Shown: positions 18,055 through 26,065 of the stretch, piece by piece | Position numbering within the stretch: position 1 is the stretch's first letter | How the letters are laid out: the number at the start of each line of letters is the position of its first letter | Assembly: GCA_964608735.1 (NCBI GenBank) | Contig: CAZSPL010000008.1 | Location: 1 to 40,582 of the forward strand | Origin: an uncultured Planctomycetota bacterium | GTDB lineage: Bacteria > JAJVIF01 > JAPKYR01 > CAZSPL01 | Length of the DNA: 40,582 nucleotides | Reading direction: 5' to 3' | Notes under the pieces: model-generated | Databases searched by the model: none | What the model was told of the DNA's origin: nothing | The model's input: the letters and a program-made list of their open reading frames with translations, nothing else | Program-made: the position numbers and the translations under genes

Positions 18055-19143
18055 TTACGGCTCGAAAATTATCTTGATTCCTTCTTTATTCTTGTATGTT
18101 TCAAATGCTCTCTCATGCTCTTCAAGCGGGAAGCGGTGCGTGACGAGCCGCTCGAACGGGAAGCCGCCCGATCTTACGAGTTCGAGGGCCATTTCGAGGT
18201 GTGATGCATCGCTCGCCCATGTGCCGCGAATGGTGATGTTCTTGTATGTGACATCGGAATACATCTCGAGCGCCACCGGTTCCGCCGGTACAGCCGCGCC
18301 GCTGTTCACATATGTCCCGCCGCGCCGCAGGATATTGAGCGCCTCGCGGAATACAGACGGGTCGGGGGTGGTATCTATTACCACGTCGGCCCCGATGCCG
18401 CGGGTTATATCCATTACAATTCCGGCGCGCTCCTCAGCGGTTGTATCGGCTTTCGTGAGTATTTCAGTCGCCCCGAAATGCGGTGTCATTTTCGCCTTTG
18501 GATTCAGGCTGTTCGTGATGATGACGATATCGTCCGCGCCTTCCCGCTTCGCGAACGCCGCCTGGAAAATGGCCACCGGTCCCGCGCCGAAAATGGCCAC
18601 GCTGTCGCCGGGAATGATTCCCGCCTGCTCGTGGGCATGCGCGGCGGTTGTGCCCGAGCATGTCGCCGCGACGAGGGTGGCGGGGTCGTCGCCGGGTTCA
18701 AGCGGAAATATCAACGTACCCTTTCTAAGCAAGATATATTCCGCATAGTTGCCGGACAGGTGCGGCGTCTCGGCGCACGATATATTTATCCCGTAAACCT
18801 TCCGCTCCCGGCACAGGAACTGCTCTCCGCGCCTGCAGAACTCGCATATGCCGCACGTAAGGCTTCGCTCCCATATCACCGGGTCGCCGGTATTGACCGG
18901 CTCGCCGTGGACATCGACGGCATCCGGGCCGACCTCTGCCGCTTCGCCGACCCCTTCGTGTCCGAGGATAATCGGAAGCGGCGTGCGCGGGTCTCTTCCT
19001 TGCATCATATGGATATCGGAGCCGCATATCCCGGCTGCGGTAACACGCGCGAGCACCTCTCCCTCGCCGGGGGTGGGAAGGTCGAACCCGGCAACCCTGA
19101 GCGGCTTGTTGAATTCTTCGAGTATGAGCGCGCGGGACTGCAT
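18055..19143 (-). CDS. zinc-dependent medium-chain alcohol/polyol dehydrogenase
   Basis: 362 aa. It has GICGSDIH and GHEGVG, a structural-Zn Cys cluster (CGICEFCRRGEQFLC) and GAGPVA Rossmann motifs. Confidence 0.9.
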   Translation of the reverse strand: MQSRALILEEFNKPLRVAGFDLPTPGEGEVLARVTAAGICGSDIHMMQGRDPRTPLPIILGHEGVGEAAEVGPDAVDVHGEPVNTGDPVIWERSLTCGICEFCRRGEQFLCRERKVYGINISCAETPHLSGNYAEYILLRKGTLIFPLEPGDDPATLVAATCSGTTAAHAHEQAGIIPGDSVAIFGAGPVAIFQAAFAKREGADDIVIITNSLNPKAKMTPHFGATEILTKADTTAEERAGIVMDITRGIGADVVIDTTPDPSVFREALNILRRGGTYVNSGAAVPAEPVALEMYSDVTYKNITIRGTWASDASHLEMALELVRSGGFPFERLVTHRFPLEEHERAFETYKNKEGIKIIFEP

Positions 19144-19181
19144 ATCGTCTCCATAATTCCCGCCCTTGTAATGATACGGCG

Positions 19182-21518
19182 GTGGCCCTACAATATTACT
19201 ACATTATCGATGACGATTCCCGGCTGCGCGGCCCGGAGGGAGCAATCAAGAGTATAAACTGGATAATCATCGGAGCAGTGATATTCGCGGTTGTCGCGTT
19301 TGTCACGAGTCCATTCCAGATCGCCGGAAGACAGCCCGTCGACCTTTTGTCCAAATCGGCCCTGAAAGAAGCTCCGAAGGAAGAGATCCGATTCCGCGCG
19401 ATGTTCAACGAGTACCAGGTCGACTATTTCAACCGTATGGCCGAGAAGTTCGAGAAGCTGCATCCCGGCGTGGATGTGGTTATCGAACGCGTCACCGGCG
19501 GCTCATGGACCGATTTCGAAGTCGCGCTGTTGAACGATTTCTGGAGCCGCCATCCACCCGATGTCGCACTGATATCTGAAATAACGCTCATGCGGCTGAT
19601 CGACGCGGGCATGCTCGAAACCGCGCCGCCCGATATCGCGCAGGGGCTGAAGGAGATTCTGGTCTCCGACGATTTGAAAAAGGCGCTGTATCGCGGCGAC
19701 ACGGTGTACGGCACCATCTACGGCGCGACATGGCAGGGGATATTTTACAACAAGGACCACTTCATCGAAGCCGGACTCGACCCGGAACATCCGCCCGAAA
19801 ACTGGGACGAGCTGATCGAATACGCGGGCAAGCTGACCAAGTATGACGAAAATGGCAAGGTTCTTCGCGCCGGGCTGAGCCTTCGCAAGGAAGGCTATGC
19901 GGTCGGCACCGCGATGAAATTTTACGACTTCTTCTTCTCCGCGGGGGGAAGGGTTTACAACGAGGAGAAGACAAAAACCCTCATCAACAGCGAGGCGGGG
20001 GTCGAAGCGCTCCAGCTCTACCTCGATATCCTGTATAAATACCGCTACGACAGCTTCCAGGTGGAAGGGGATTTCGACGGGTTCATCAACGGTACCGTGT
20101 CCATGTTCTGCCGCGGACCGTGGGTGATTAAATCGCTCCACGACCGCGCGCCCCAGATTAACTGGGGAGTAGGGCATATCCCGGCGAAGAAGTTCAGTTC
20201 ATCCAACGGCGGCATATATCCGCTGTGCGTTGCGTCGGAAAGCAAACACAAAGACCTTGCCTGGGATTTCGTCCGCTTCCTAATGGACCCCGAGAACAAC
20301 GCCGAGCACTACCGGCTCGAGATGAGCTTCCCCTTTGTTCCCGAAGCCGCGGCATTGCCCGAATTCAAGAACAACAAGGCATACCAGTCGTTTTTAACCC
20401 AGCCCAATGTCATCGCCATCACCATCGTGCCGAGGATGAACGAAATCGAGACGATGATAGGCAATACAGTCGTCGATGTCGCTCGGAACGACAAGGACCC
20501 GAAGACCGAACTCGACGCGCTCGCGACGAAGATAAACGCGATACTCGCCAAAGAAGCGACAGGCTCGAAGGGCGCGTCGATGAATCCCGAACTTGTTGCA
20601 TGGGGATTGCTTATCGCCGCAGGACTGGCTCTCGCCTGCTATATCATATGGTATTGGAAGCGCGAAAAGAGTGACAAGATGGCCTACCTCTTCCTGCTTC
20701 CATTCGTCGTTTACTTCGCGATTTTCTTCGTCTACCCGATTGTCTCATCGATGATATTGAGCTTCTGGGAATTCAATCCCCTCGACAAAACCCACCCGTT
20801 CGCGGGGCTTCGCAATTATACCGAATGCCTCAAGGATGAGATGTTCCGCAAATGCATCACGGTAACCATCTCCTACGCATTCTGGACCGTGCTGTTCGGC
20901 GTGGTGCTCTCGCTGATCCTCGCGATGGCGTTGAACCGCGCGATGTCCGGCGTTGGAATATATCGCACGCTCTATTTCCTCCCGGTCGTTACATCCATAA
21001 TGGCCGCCACGCTTGTGTGGAAGATCCTCTACAGGGCCGATGATTTGGGCCTTCTCAACATGATACTCCACGTCTTCGGGAAAGATAACCTGCTCTGGCT
21101 GAAGGATGAAAAGCTGGCGCTTCCATGCCTTATCGCATTCGGTGTCTGGAAAAGCCTCGGCTTCAATATGATTATTTTCCTCGCCGGGCTCAAGGCCATC
21201 CCGAAGATTTACGAGGAAGCCGCCGCCGTTGACGGCGCGGGCGCGTGGCAGCGTTTCCGCTATGTCATCCTGCCGTCGCTGCGTCCGACAACCCTGTTCG
21301 TCGTGGTGACATCGCTCATTATGGCGTTCCAGGTATTCACGCAGGTTGTGGGGATGACCGAGGGCGGGCCGAATAACGCGACGAGGACAATCGTCTATCA
21401 CATATACGAGGTCGGATTCAGGGACTTCCGGCTCGGCTACGCATCGGCGGCCGCGGTCGTGATGCTTATCATCGTCGGATTCATTACCTATGCGCAGATG
21501 AAGCTTATACGAGAATAA
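19182..21518 (+). CDS. fused ABC sugar-importer protein: N-anchored CUT1-type solute-binding domain + extra TM + MalF/UgpA-type permease
   Basis: 778-aa single open frame. It comprises a TM anchor (aa ~27-45), a family-1 SBP-like domain, a linker TM helix (LVAWGLLIAAGLALACYIIWYW), then a typical permease start (MAYLFLLPF..) with an EAA-loop region (YEEAAAVDGAGAWQRF). The start codon is uncertain: it is a GTG, only 38 nt from the divergent ADH start. Confidence 0.8.
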   Translation: MALQYYYIIDDDSRLRGPEGAIKSINWIIIGAVIFAVVAFVTSPFQIAGRQPVDLLSKSALKEAPKEEIRFRAMFNEYQVDYFNRMAEKFEKLHPGVDVVIERVTGGSWTDFEVALLNDFWSRHPPDVALISEITLMRLIDAGMLETAPPDIAQGLKEILVSDDLKKALYRGDTVYGTIYGATWQGIFYNKDHFIEAGLDPEHPPENWDELIEYAGKLTKYDENGKVLRAGLSLRKEGYAVGTAMKFYDFFFSAGGRVYNEEKTKTLINSEAGVEALQLYLDILYKYRYDSFQVEGDFDGFINGTVSMFCRGPWVIKSLHDRAPQINWGVGHIPAKKFSSSNGGIYPLCVASESKHKDLAWDFVRFLMDPENNAEHYRLEMSFPFVPEAAALPEFKNNKAYQSFLTQPNVIAITIVPRMNEIETMIGNTVVDVARNDKDPKTELDALATKINAILAKEATGSKGASMNPELVAWGLLIAAGLALACYIIWYWKREKSDKMAYLFLLPFVVYFAIFFVYPIVSSMILSFWEFNPLDKTHPFAGLRNYTECLKDEMFRKCITVTISYAFWTVLFGVVLSLILAMALNRAMSGVGIYRTLYFLPVVTSIMAATLVWKILYRADDLGLLNMILHVFGKDNLLWLKDEKLALPCLIAFGVWKSLGFNMIIFLAGLKAIPKIYEEAAAVDGAGAWQRFRYVILPSLRPTTLFVVVTSLIMAFQVFTQVVGMTEGGPNNATRTIVYHIYEVGFRDFRLGYASAAAVVMLIIVGFITYAQMKLIRE

Positions 21519-21520
21519 TA

Positions 21521-22396
21521 TTGGAAGATATAAAAGATATTGATGCACCTCCCGTCCCACGGCCGAAACCGATTACAAAGCGGCTGAGGAATTTCCCCGC
21601 GCATATCCTGCTGTCGATATTCGCGCTGGTCGCGGTGACGCCGTTCATATGGATGCTTCTCACCAGTTTGAAGACCGAGCCGGAAGCGACCATCCTGGAC
21701 AATTTCCATTTCTTCCCGGAAAAATGGCAGTGGGTGAATTTCAGGACACTGTTCGAGCAGCATCCGATGGCGATATATTATTTAAACTCCGCCATCTACA
21801 CGCTGCTTCGCTCGCTCCCAGCGTTGTTCCTTGCGAGCCTGACCGGGTTCGTCATCGCGAAATACAGTTTCCGCGCCCGCCGCACCATGTGGGTGCTCAT
21901 CATCGCCACGCTTATCGTACCGTTCCAGCTTCGCCTCATCCCCATGGCGAACATGCTTTTCGGCATCGGACTGAAGAACGAATACTGGGCGGTGGTGCTA
22001 CCGGGCCTGCTCGACCCGTTCGGGATATTCCTCTTCATACAAGCGTGCAAGGGGATCCCCGATGAACTCCTCGAATCGGCACGCATCGACGGGTGCGGCA
22101 TCTGGCGCCAGTATATCCACGTCGCGCTGCCCCTGATTGGCCCGACATTGGCGGCTTATGCTATTATTCTGTTCATGTGGTCGTGGGGGGAGTTCCTCTG
22201 GTCGTTTATAGTGATCACCGAGACCGCGAGAATGCCAATCGAAGTTGGCATCAAGGGTTTCTCGGGTGAGCACTATTCGACATTGACGCATATGATGGCC
22301 GCGGCGACCGTGGCGGTGATTCCGGTTATCGTCGTGTTCCTTGTGTTGCAGAGGCAGTTCGTGCGCGGAGTAACAATGTCGGGACTTAAGGGTTGA
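21521..22396 (+). CDS. ABC sugar-importer permease (MalG/UgpE type)
   Basis: 291 aa, 6 TM helices, EAA loop ELLESARIDGCGIWRQY. It starts 2 nt after the upstream stop. Confidence 0.9.
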   Translation: MEDIKDIDAPPVPRPKPITKRLRNFPAHILLSIFALVAVTPFIWMLLTSLKTEPEATILDNFHFFPEKWQWVNFRTLFEQHPMAIYYLNSAIYTLLRSLPALFLASLTGFVIAKYSFRARRTMWVLIIATLIVPFQLRLIPMANMLFGIGLKNEYWAVVLPGLLDPFGIFLFIQACKGIPDELLESARIDGCGIWRQYIHVALPLIGPTLAAYAIILFMWSWGEFLWSFIVITETARMPIEVGIKGFSGEHYSTLTHMMAAATVAVIPVIVVFLVLQRQFVRGVTMSGLKG

Positions 22397-22444
22397 TGTC
22401 TGGTACTATTGCGGGCGTTATAAATAACAGGTGGTGACTCTTTA

Positions 22445-23263
22445 ATGGGCGAGGAAAAAATCAGTATCGTGTCGGATGAGATCTCGCAGGATCTGGATGT
22501 CGTCGCGAAGTTCGGCGAAGAGAACGATATCGAGACCTTTGAAATACGAACGGTCGGGGGGAAACGCGTCCCGGATATCGATGGCGCGGTATGGAACGAC
22601 CTTCTCAGGCGCGTGAAGGATACAAAATGGAAAGTGCTGTGCGTCAGCCCCGGGACTTTCAAGGGGGATTACCGCGCGAAGCGCCTTATCAGGAAGCAGT
22701 TGGAAGATGTCTTCCCGAGGACCATAGAGAAAGCGAAGGAGATCGGGGCCGAGTTCATCATCACCTTCGGATTCATGGCCGAATCCAAGGTATCGCCCCC
22801 CGATTACGTGCTCTCCGCGTTCCGTGAAAGCGCCGACATGTGCGCCGCCGCCGGACTGCCGCTCCTGCTCGAAAACGAGCCGGGTACCCTGGCCGATACA
22901 GGGCAGCGTACAGCGTCGCTTCTGAATCGAATCGGGCATCCGAACCTCCTTGCCAACTGGGACCCGTGCAACTCTAATGTATTCAATCACGTCGAGCTCG
23001 CGAAGGGCGCGCAGGCCCTCGGGGCGAAGATAAAGCATGTCCACGTGAAGGACGGCAAACCTATCCCGGGTTCGCGAAGCCCCATGTTCGGCCCCATGCA
23101 GACGGGCGAACTCGGATGGAAGGAACATCTCATCGAGTTGAAGAAGCTCGGATACGCCGGCTACCTCGGCGTCGAAACTCATTTCGAGCCGCTCTATGAC
23201 AGCTCGGTGGAATTGCTCGAGGAATTGCGTGAGATAGCCGACCAGGTGGGGTTCTTCAGTTAA
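22445..23263 (+). CDS. sugar phosphate isomerase/epimerase (xylose-isomerase-like TIM barrel)
   Basis: 272 aa with metal-site-like motifs LLLENEPG, HVHVKDG and LGVETHF. Confidence 0.8.
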   Translation: MGEEKISIVSDEISQDLDVVAKFGEENDIETFEIRTVGGKRVPDIDGAVWNDLLRRVKDTKWKVLCVSPGTFKGDYRAKRLIRKQLEDVFPRTIEKAKEIGAEFIITFGFMAESKVSPPDYVLSAFRESADMCAAAGLPLLLENEPGTLADTGQRTASLLNRIGHPNLLANWDPCNSNVFNHVELAKGAQALGAKIKHVHVKDGKPIPGSRSPMFGPMQTGELGWKEHLIELKKLGYAGYLGVETHFEPLYDSSVELLEELREIADQVGFFS

Positions 23264-23265
23264 TC

Positions 23266-23928
23266 ATGTCCGCGCATGACAACGCCATAGATTGCCTTTT
23301 GCACTCGAAGGTGATTGCCGTATTACGCTCATCGAATTCGGCCGACGCTATCGAGTTGGTTCGCGCGTATGCCGAAGGCGGCATCGAGGCCATCGAGCTT
23401 ACCACCAGTATACCGGACTGGGAATCTGTTCTCGCTGAAGCCCGGCGCACGGAAACCCACGGCACTTGTGTGGGACTCGGCACCGTCACTTCCGTCGATC
23501 TCGCTCAGAGAGCTGTAAACGCAGGCGCGCGGTTCATCGTATCGCCGATGTTCGTCGCGGATGTCGTCCAATTCTGCCACGCGATGAATGTGTTGGTCAT
23601 CCCGGGGGCGCTTACGCCGACCGAGGTGGCGCAGGCAGTAGGGGCCGGGGCGGAACTGGTTAAAATATTCCCGGTCTCGGCGGTCGGGGGGGCATCGTAT
23701 ATTAAAGCCCTGCTCGCGCCGCTTCCCGATTTGAAATTAATACCCACCGGCGGGGTTACGCCGGATAATGCGATAGATTTTCTCAAAGCGGGCGCCGTGG
23801 CGGTCGGCATCGGAAGCAACCTCGCGCCGAAGGATGCCCTCGGGGCGAAAAACTGGCCCGCCATAACCACGGCCGTCAGGGACCTGGTGTCGAACATACG
23901 CGTCGCCCTCGATAAGCAATCACGATGA
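23266..23928 (+). CDS. eda: 2-dehydro-3-deoxyphosphogluconate / 4-hydroxy-2-oxoglutarate aldolase
   Basis: 220 aa. It has IELTT (Glu), GAGTV-type GLGTV, the Schiff-base Lys context ELVKIFP, and PTGGV. Confidence 0.88.
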   Translation: MSAHDNAIDCLLHSKVIAVLRSSNSADAIELVRAYAEGGIEAIELTTSIPDWESVLAEARRTETHGTCVGLGTVTSVDLAQRAVNAGARFIVSPMFVADVVQFCHAMNVLVIPGALTPTEVAQAVGAGAELVKIFPVSAVGGASYIKALLAPLPDLKLIPTGGVTPDNAIDFLKAGAVAVGIGSNLAPKDALGAKNWPAITTAVRDLVSNIRVALDKQSR

Positions 23929-24911
23929 AGAAGGTTGTCACATTCGGTGAAATAATGCTGCGCCTTACGCCCCGCGACGACGCGAGGCTCACGGGCGCTG
24001 TATCGTTCGACGCCCACGCGGGCGGGAGCGAATACAATGTAGCCGCCGGGCTGCGCCGGCTCGGGTATGCATCGCGATTCATCACGAGGCTTCCCGACAA
24101 CCCGCTCGGCAAGTGGGCTGAAAGCTGCATCCTGTCGAACGGCGTCGAGCTTCCCGGCGACACATTTGTACCCGGCGGAAGGCTCGGGATATATTTCCTC
24201 GAGAAGGGCGCGTCGCCAAGGCCCTACAGCGTCACCTACGACCGCGCCGATTCCGCGATATCCCGCGCGAAAGCGTCCGATTTCGACTGGGATACCGCCC
24301 TCGATGGAGCCGCCTGGTTCCATGTGTCCGGGATCACCCCCGCTCTCGGAAGCGAGCTTGCCCAAGCCACATCGGATGCAATCGACGCCACCGTGTCGAA
24401 GAAAATCCCGGTAAGCTTCGACATCAACTACCGCGCGAGGCTGTGGTCGCCCGCCGATGCGCGCAACACGCTCGGGGGGCTGCTGTCGAAAGTGAAGGTC
24501 GTCGTCACCACCGAAGAAGACCTGCAGCGCGTTTTCCAGATCGATGCCGGGGACCCGGAATCATGCACGAAGGAAGCACGGGAGCGGTTCGGGGCGGAAG
24601 TCGTCGCGGCGACGCTGCGCGATACGCAGACCGTGCTTCGCAACCGGTGGGGCGGATGCGCATGCGGTCCGGACGGCTACGCGCGCAGCGAGAGCTATGA
24701 CATCGAGATCATCGACCGGGTAGGGGCGGGCGATGCTTTCACCACCGGGTTCATCGCCGGCATGCTCGATGGGGATATCGGCCTCGCGCTCGAGATGGCC
24801 TCTGCATTCTCCGCGCTGAAACAGACGATTCCCGGCGACGTCTGCACCGCGAGCCGCGCGGAAGTCGAATCGCTGATAAAATCCGGCGGCGCCGGAAGGA
24901 TTCAGCGTTGA
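23925..24911 (+). CDS. kdgK: 2-dehydro-3-deoxygluconokinase (PfkB family)
   Basis: 328 aa. It has the N-terminal motif VVTFGEIMLRLTP and the PfkB signature DRVGAGDAFTTGF. There is a 4-nt overlap with eda. Confidence 0.85.
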   Translation: MKKVVTFGEIMLRLTPRDDARLTGAVSFDAHAGGSEYNVAAGLRRLGYASRFITRLPDNPLGKWAESCILSNGVELPGDTFVPGGRLGIYFLEKGASPRPYSVTYDRADSAISRAKASDFDWDTALDGAAWFHVSGITPALGSELAQATSDAIDATVSKKIPVSFDINYRARLWSPADARNTLGGLLSKVKVVVTTEEDLQRVFQIDAGDPESCTKEARERFGAEVVAATLRDTQTVLRNRWGGCACGPDGYARSESYDIEIIDRVGAGDAFTTGFIAGMLDGDIGLALEMASAFSALKQTIPGDVCTASRAEVESLIKSGGAGRIQR

Positions 24912-24922
24912 GCGGCGCTTGC

Positions 24923-25990
24923 ATGAACGGGCGTGAACGGGCACTTTGCGCTCTTCGACGGGAACCGGTCGACAGGACTCCCATCTACTCGAATTTCCGA
25001 AATCCTCTCGCTATCGAACAGCTGACCGGCATGCGTTTCGAGGACGACACCTTCGCCGCGACCGCCGCGGCGTATCGGAAACTTCCCATCGATATGACCA
25101 AGGAAATCATGGTGCCTCAGACCGATGCACCGCCGGGATTCCGCATAAACCCCACGCGCTACGGCCTGATGCGGATGGCGCACGAAGTGAGCACGGTCGA
25201 GGAATTTGTCGATGTCGTGCGCGGCATGCCATCCTATGAAGAACAGAAGCGCGATTATGATTTCGACGGCGAAGTGCGCAAGCTCAGGGAATGGTTCGAC
25301 CGGCAGCAATCCGCGGTGGGCGATTCAACTCTCGTTACCGGCAGGCTCGGGGGATGTTTCGACCCGTGCTACGACCGTTTCGGGTATGAAGTTTTCATGA
25401 CGGCAATCATCACGGAGCCGGGCGCGGTCGAGGATTGCATCCGTTATTACGCCGCGCAACGCCGCTTCGAAGCCGAGGTGTTTGTCGGTGCGTCCTGCAG
25501 CGAAGCCGTCTGGTACAACGACGATATCGCCCATCTCGGCGGGCTGCTCGCGTCGCCCGATGTCATGCGCCGGGTCTGGCTTCCGCACGTGAAGTGGGCC
25601 ATCGAGCCGCTACTCGACGCTGGGGTCTTCGTCGTGTATCACTCCGACGGCGACATCCGCAAGTTGCTCGGGGATATAGCGGACGCGGGATTCAGGGGGC
25701 TGCATCCGCTCGAGCCGAAAGCGCACATGGACCCGCCCGACATCAAGCCGCTGTGGGGGGAACGGTTCGTGCTTATCGGCGGGATGTGCCAGGTGAGCGT
25801 GCTGCCGTTCGATTCAGAGGCCGAGGTTCGCGCCGAAGTCCGGCGCCTGCTCGATGCCGCCGCTCCCGGAGGGGGATACTTTATCGGGTCGTCGGGGATG
25901 TGCGGGCCGGATATACCGCCGGGAAACGCTGTCGCATGGATAGAGGAGGCCGCCGAGTATGGGAAAAAGTTCGGCGACCCGGCCGCCTGA
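24923..25990 (+). CDS. URO-D family protein, paralogue 2
   Basis: Start taken at the ATG (MNGRERALCALRREPVDR); the ORF track begins at a TTG at 24908. It has URO-D-like motifs (VWYNDDIA, VYHSDGDI, LHPLEP). Confidence 0.78.
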   Translation: MNGRERALCALRREPVDRTPIYSNFRNPLAIEQLTGMRFEDDTFAATAAAYRKLPIDMTKEIMVPQTDAPPGFRINPTRYGLMRMAHEVSTVEEFVDVVRGMPSYEEQKRDYDFDGEVRKLREWFDRQQSAVGDSTLVTGRLGGCFDPCYDRFGYEVFMTAIITEPGAVEDCIRYYAAQRRFEAEVFVGASCSEAVWYNDDIAHLGGLLASPDVMRRVWLPHVKWAIEPLLDAGVFVVYHSDGDIRKLLGDIADAGFRGLHPLEPKAHMDPPDIKPLWGERFVLIGGMCQVSVLPFDSEAEVRAEVRRLLDAAAPGGGYFIGSSGMCGPDIPPGNAVAWIEEAAEYGKKFGDPAA

Positions 25991-26065
25991 AAATATCTCG
26001 TTATCTAGCCGACCGCATCTAATTAATATGGTATTACTTGGATAAAGAACCGCTGGAGGTCAACG

